DNA of 64,000 nt, taken from the NCBI GenBank assembly GCA_948443805.1, contig CAOJUB010000008.1, forward strand, positions 5,622-69,621, read 5' to 3'. Origin of the DNA: an uncultured Clostridia bacterium. GTDB lineage: Bacteria; Bacillota; Clostridia; Oscillospirales; UBA644. A program made the translations under genes and the position numbers. Positions 62,255-64,000 of this stretch are shown one piece after another. How positions within the stretch are numbered: the stretch's first letter is position 1; every line of letters starts with the position of its first letter. Under the pieces are notes generated by a model. The model was not told the origin of the DNA. It was given only the letters and a program-made list of their open reading frames with translations, and did no database searches.

Positions 62255-62710
62255 ATGGACAAAGAAGAAGACGGTCATTTCACTTACCAGCAAAAATACT
62301 ACCGGAAAAATAAATATGAATACTGCCGGAAAACCTTGAATGAGTATTCATTTGCCGCCATCGAGAAAATGAAACGGACCGGCGTTGAAAAACTGGAACA
62401 ATATATGATAAAATATCCCTGGGAAACCGAAGCCGAACGCTATACGCGCCGCGTGCTGAGCCGAAAAAACATCACCCGTTCAAACGGCTGTTATGACGAC
62501 TGCTGCAGCGCCGCGATGGTTGCCTATCTCTACAGCGTTTACCGGTGCGCCTTCATGGGATATGACCACGTAGAATTCTATGTCAAGAAAATGATCAACA
62601 TTTATATCGTCTGCGCCATTCATGTCTACCATTCGGTACAGATGCTCTGCCGGGAAAACGGATTCCGGCAGATTGAAATGGACAACAAAATCTGGAACGG
62701 AAAAATCTGA
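62255..62710 (+). CDS. Hypothetical protein (151 aa)
   Basis: CAGGAG RBS then MDKEEDGHF. Aromatic- and Cys-rich. Confidence 0.65.
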   Translation: MDKEEDGHFTYQQKYYRKNKYEYCRKTLNEYSFAAIEKMKRTGVEKLEQYMIKYPWETEAERYTRRVLSRKNITRSNGCYDDCCSAAMVAYLYSVYRCAFMGYDHVEFYVKKMINIYIVCAIHVYHSVQMLCRENGFRQIEMDNKIWNGKI

Positions 62711-62785
62711 CGCTTGCAGCAGCCTTCCCACAAAAAAACAGCGCTGCCTTAAAAAGATAACCGAACAAAATATAAAAATTTTCTC

Positions 62786-62830
62786 CTATGTCCTAAGAAT
62801 CCCCCGGCCGTCGAAATAAACAGTAACCAT
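62786..62830 (-). CDS. Candidate 14-aa small ORF (MVTVYFDGRGILRT)
   Basis: AAAGGA RBS. The only ORF found under the promoter TTGACT-17-TATAAT (62988-62960). Confidence 0.3.
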   Translation of the reverse strand: MVTVYFDGRGILRT

Positions 62831-63066
62831 TGTATTCTAACCGTCCTTTTTCACTTCATTCTCGCGGAATAATAGAGTAACGGTAAAAAGAAAAACAAAC
62901 GCTGTTCCTGATTGTTCTTTTTTAAAGCATAAAACAAACCTAAGAAAGCGCTTGTTTTTATTATAACAAAAAATACCGCCAAAGTCAATTCTTTCCTCTG
63001 GATTCATCTTCCCTTTAACAGGGAAATACGTTATAAATCCGATGTTCCGTCTTGCCGGGCAGCAGC

Positions 63067-63555
63067 CTACAAATCCAACTCTTTTATACAAGCCATTTCC
63101 CGATAAGATATCAATTCACGCCCGCTCATTTCCAACAACGTTTTTCTGTCCACCCATTGATAAGCAACCGTCTCTCCCTCCTGAAGAAGAACCGAATCCT
63201 TCGGACAATCCGCAGCATAAAAATAAATCACATAAAGAGTATGGTTCTGATCGTTTATGACCCGCCTGATTTCCTTTAAAGAAGAAGCAATCAAACCGGT
63301 TTCTTCTTTCAGCTCCCGGAGAGCGCCATGAAAAGCGTCTTCGCCCTGCAATGCAGAGCCGCCGGCAGTCAATTCCCACTTTCCGCCGAAAGGTTTCCGG
63401 AAATCCCGCTGCATAATCAGATAGCTTCCGTCAATATGCTTAACAATAATCTCGCAAACCAAATGATACACATTGTCGGGAATAGGCTCGCCCCGAATCA
63501 AGGTCTGATTCTTGATTCGGTTGAAAGATCTGTCATAAGCATCCCAAATTTCCAT
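63067..63555 (-). CDS. NUDIX hydrolase
   Basis: GGSALQGEDAFHGALRELKEETG Nudix box. Confidence 0.92.
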   Translation of the reverse strand: MEIWDAYDRSFNRIKNQTLIRGEPIPDNVYHLVCEIIVKHIDGSYLIMQRDFRKPFGGKWELTAGGSALQGEDAFHGALRELKEETGLIASSLKEIRRVINDQNHTLYVIYFYAADCPKDSVLLQEGETVAYQWVDRKTLLEMSGRELISYREMACIKELDL

Positions 63556-63633
63556 AAGAACCTCCTGTAAAAATGATATCGGCAGCCAAAAATCTGCCAA
63601 AATAAAGATCATTGATTCAAGAATCTACAATAA

Positions 63634-63963
63634 AAATTTTCGGAACAGTTAATCCGTTATTCCCTGTGGTGTAACATTCCGTTTGACAAAATAGATAATA
63701 TAACGCCGGAAGAGGTTCGGATCGCAGTAGACGTCGAGACAGAAAAGCAAAAGGATCTCTATAAAATGCTTGCATGGATCGGATATAATACCGCGGCTCT
63801 TACGGGCGTAGCAATGAACGACCCGAAAAAATTCCCATCGCTTGAAGAAGCGTTTCCTACCCTATTTGAACAGAAAGAGCAGCAGGACTGGTGGAAAATG
63901 AAAGAAAGGATTGAGAAATTTGCAAATTTTAAAAATCAATCAAAAAGTACTACAGCTTTTTAA
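63634..63963 (+). pseudogene. Orphan phage tail-assembly-chaperone-like fragment
   Basis: Frame is open from 63634 with no ATG until 63766: KFSEQLIRYSLWCNIPFDKIDNITPEEV...AWIGYNTAALTGVAMNDPKKFPSLEEAFP...QDWWKMKERIEKFA. Confidence 0.45.
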
Positions 63964-64000
63964 AATCAATAAAAAAAGTCCGTCTCCCCTGTTCTTTATA

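Overview
Chromosomal window from a moderate-GC (roughly 50% by eye) spore-forming Clostridia genome, probably Oscillospiraceae/Ruminococcaceae-like. This is inferred from sleB, spoIIR, spoVM, the SCIFF ranthipeptide locus and a dockerin-bearing LRR protein. Most of it is core genome: hrcA-grpE-dnaK-dnaJ with a perfect CIRCE, pcrA-rmuC-iscS-thiI-cinA, a pyrC-K-D-F-E-B-I operon, nifS-nifU, murD, RNase J, dinB, ogt, alkD, ABC exporters, tRNA-Leu(TAG), tRNA-Arg(ACG) and tmRNA. Several small AT-rich accessory patches are embedded in it: a decayed mobile-element relic after tRNA-Leu, an islet after tmRNA, a lone GNAT gene and a phage tail-gene relic at the right edge. The most notable is a 2.3-kb Eco47II/Sau96I-like restriction-modification cassette with no transposase or integrase. 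It appears to have inserted into the loop of the alkD terminator, with a 4-bp CCTT duplication and related hairpin ends carrying TAAGGAAG. A near copy of its left-end palindrome lies 23.7 kb away beside the GNAT gene. A second notable signal is a ~50-nt two-hairpin 5' leader shared by the pcrA and nitroreductase-alkD operons. No CRISPR array or intact transposase/integrase was seen. All family assignments are from motif recognition, not database searches.
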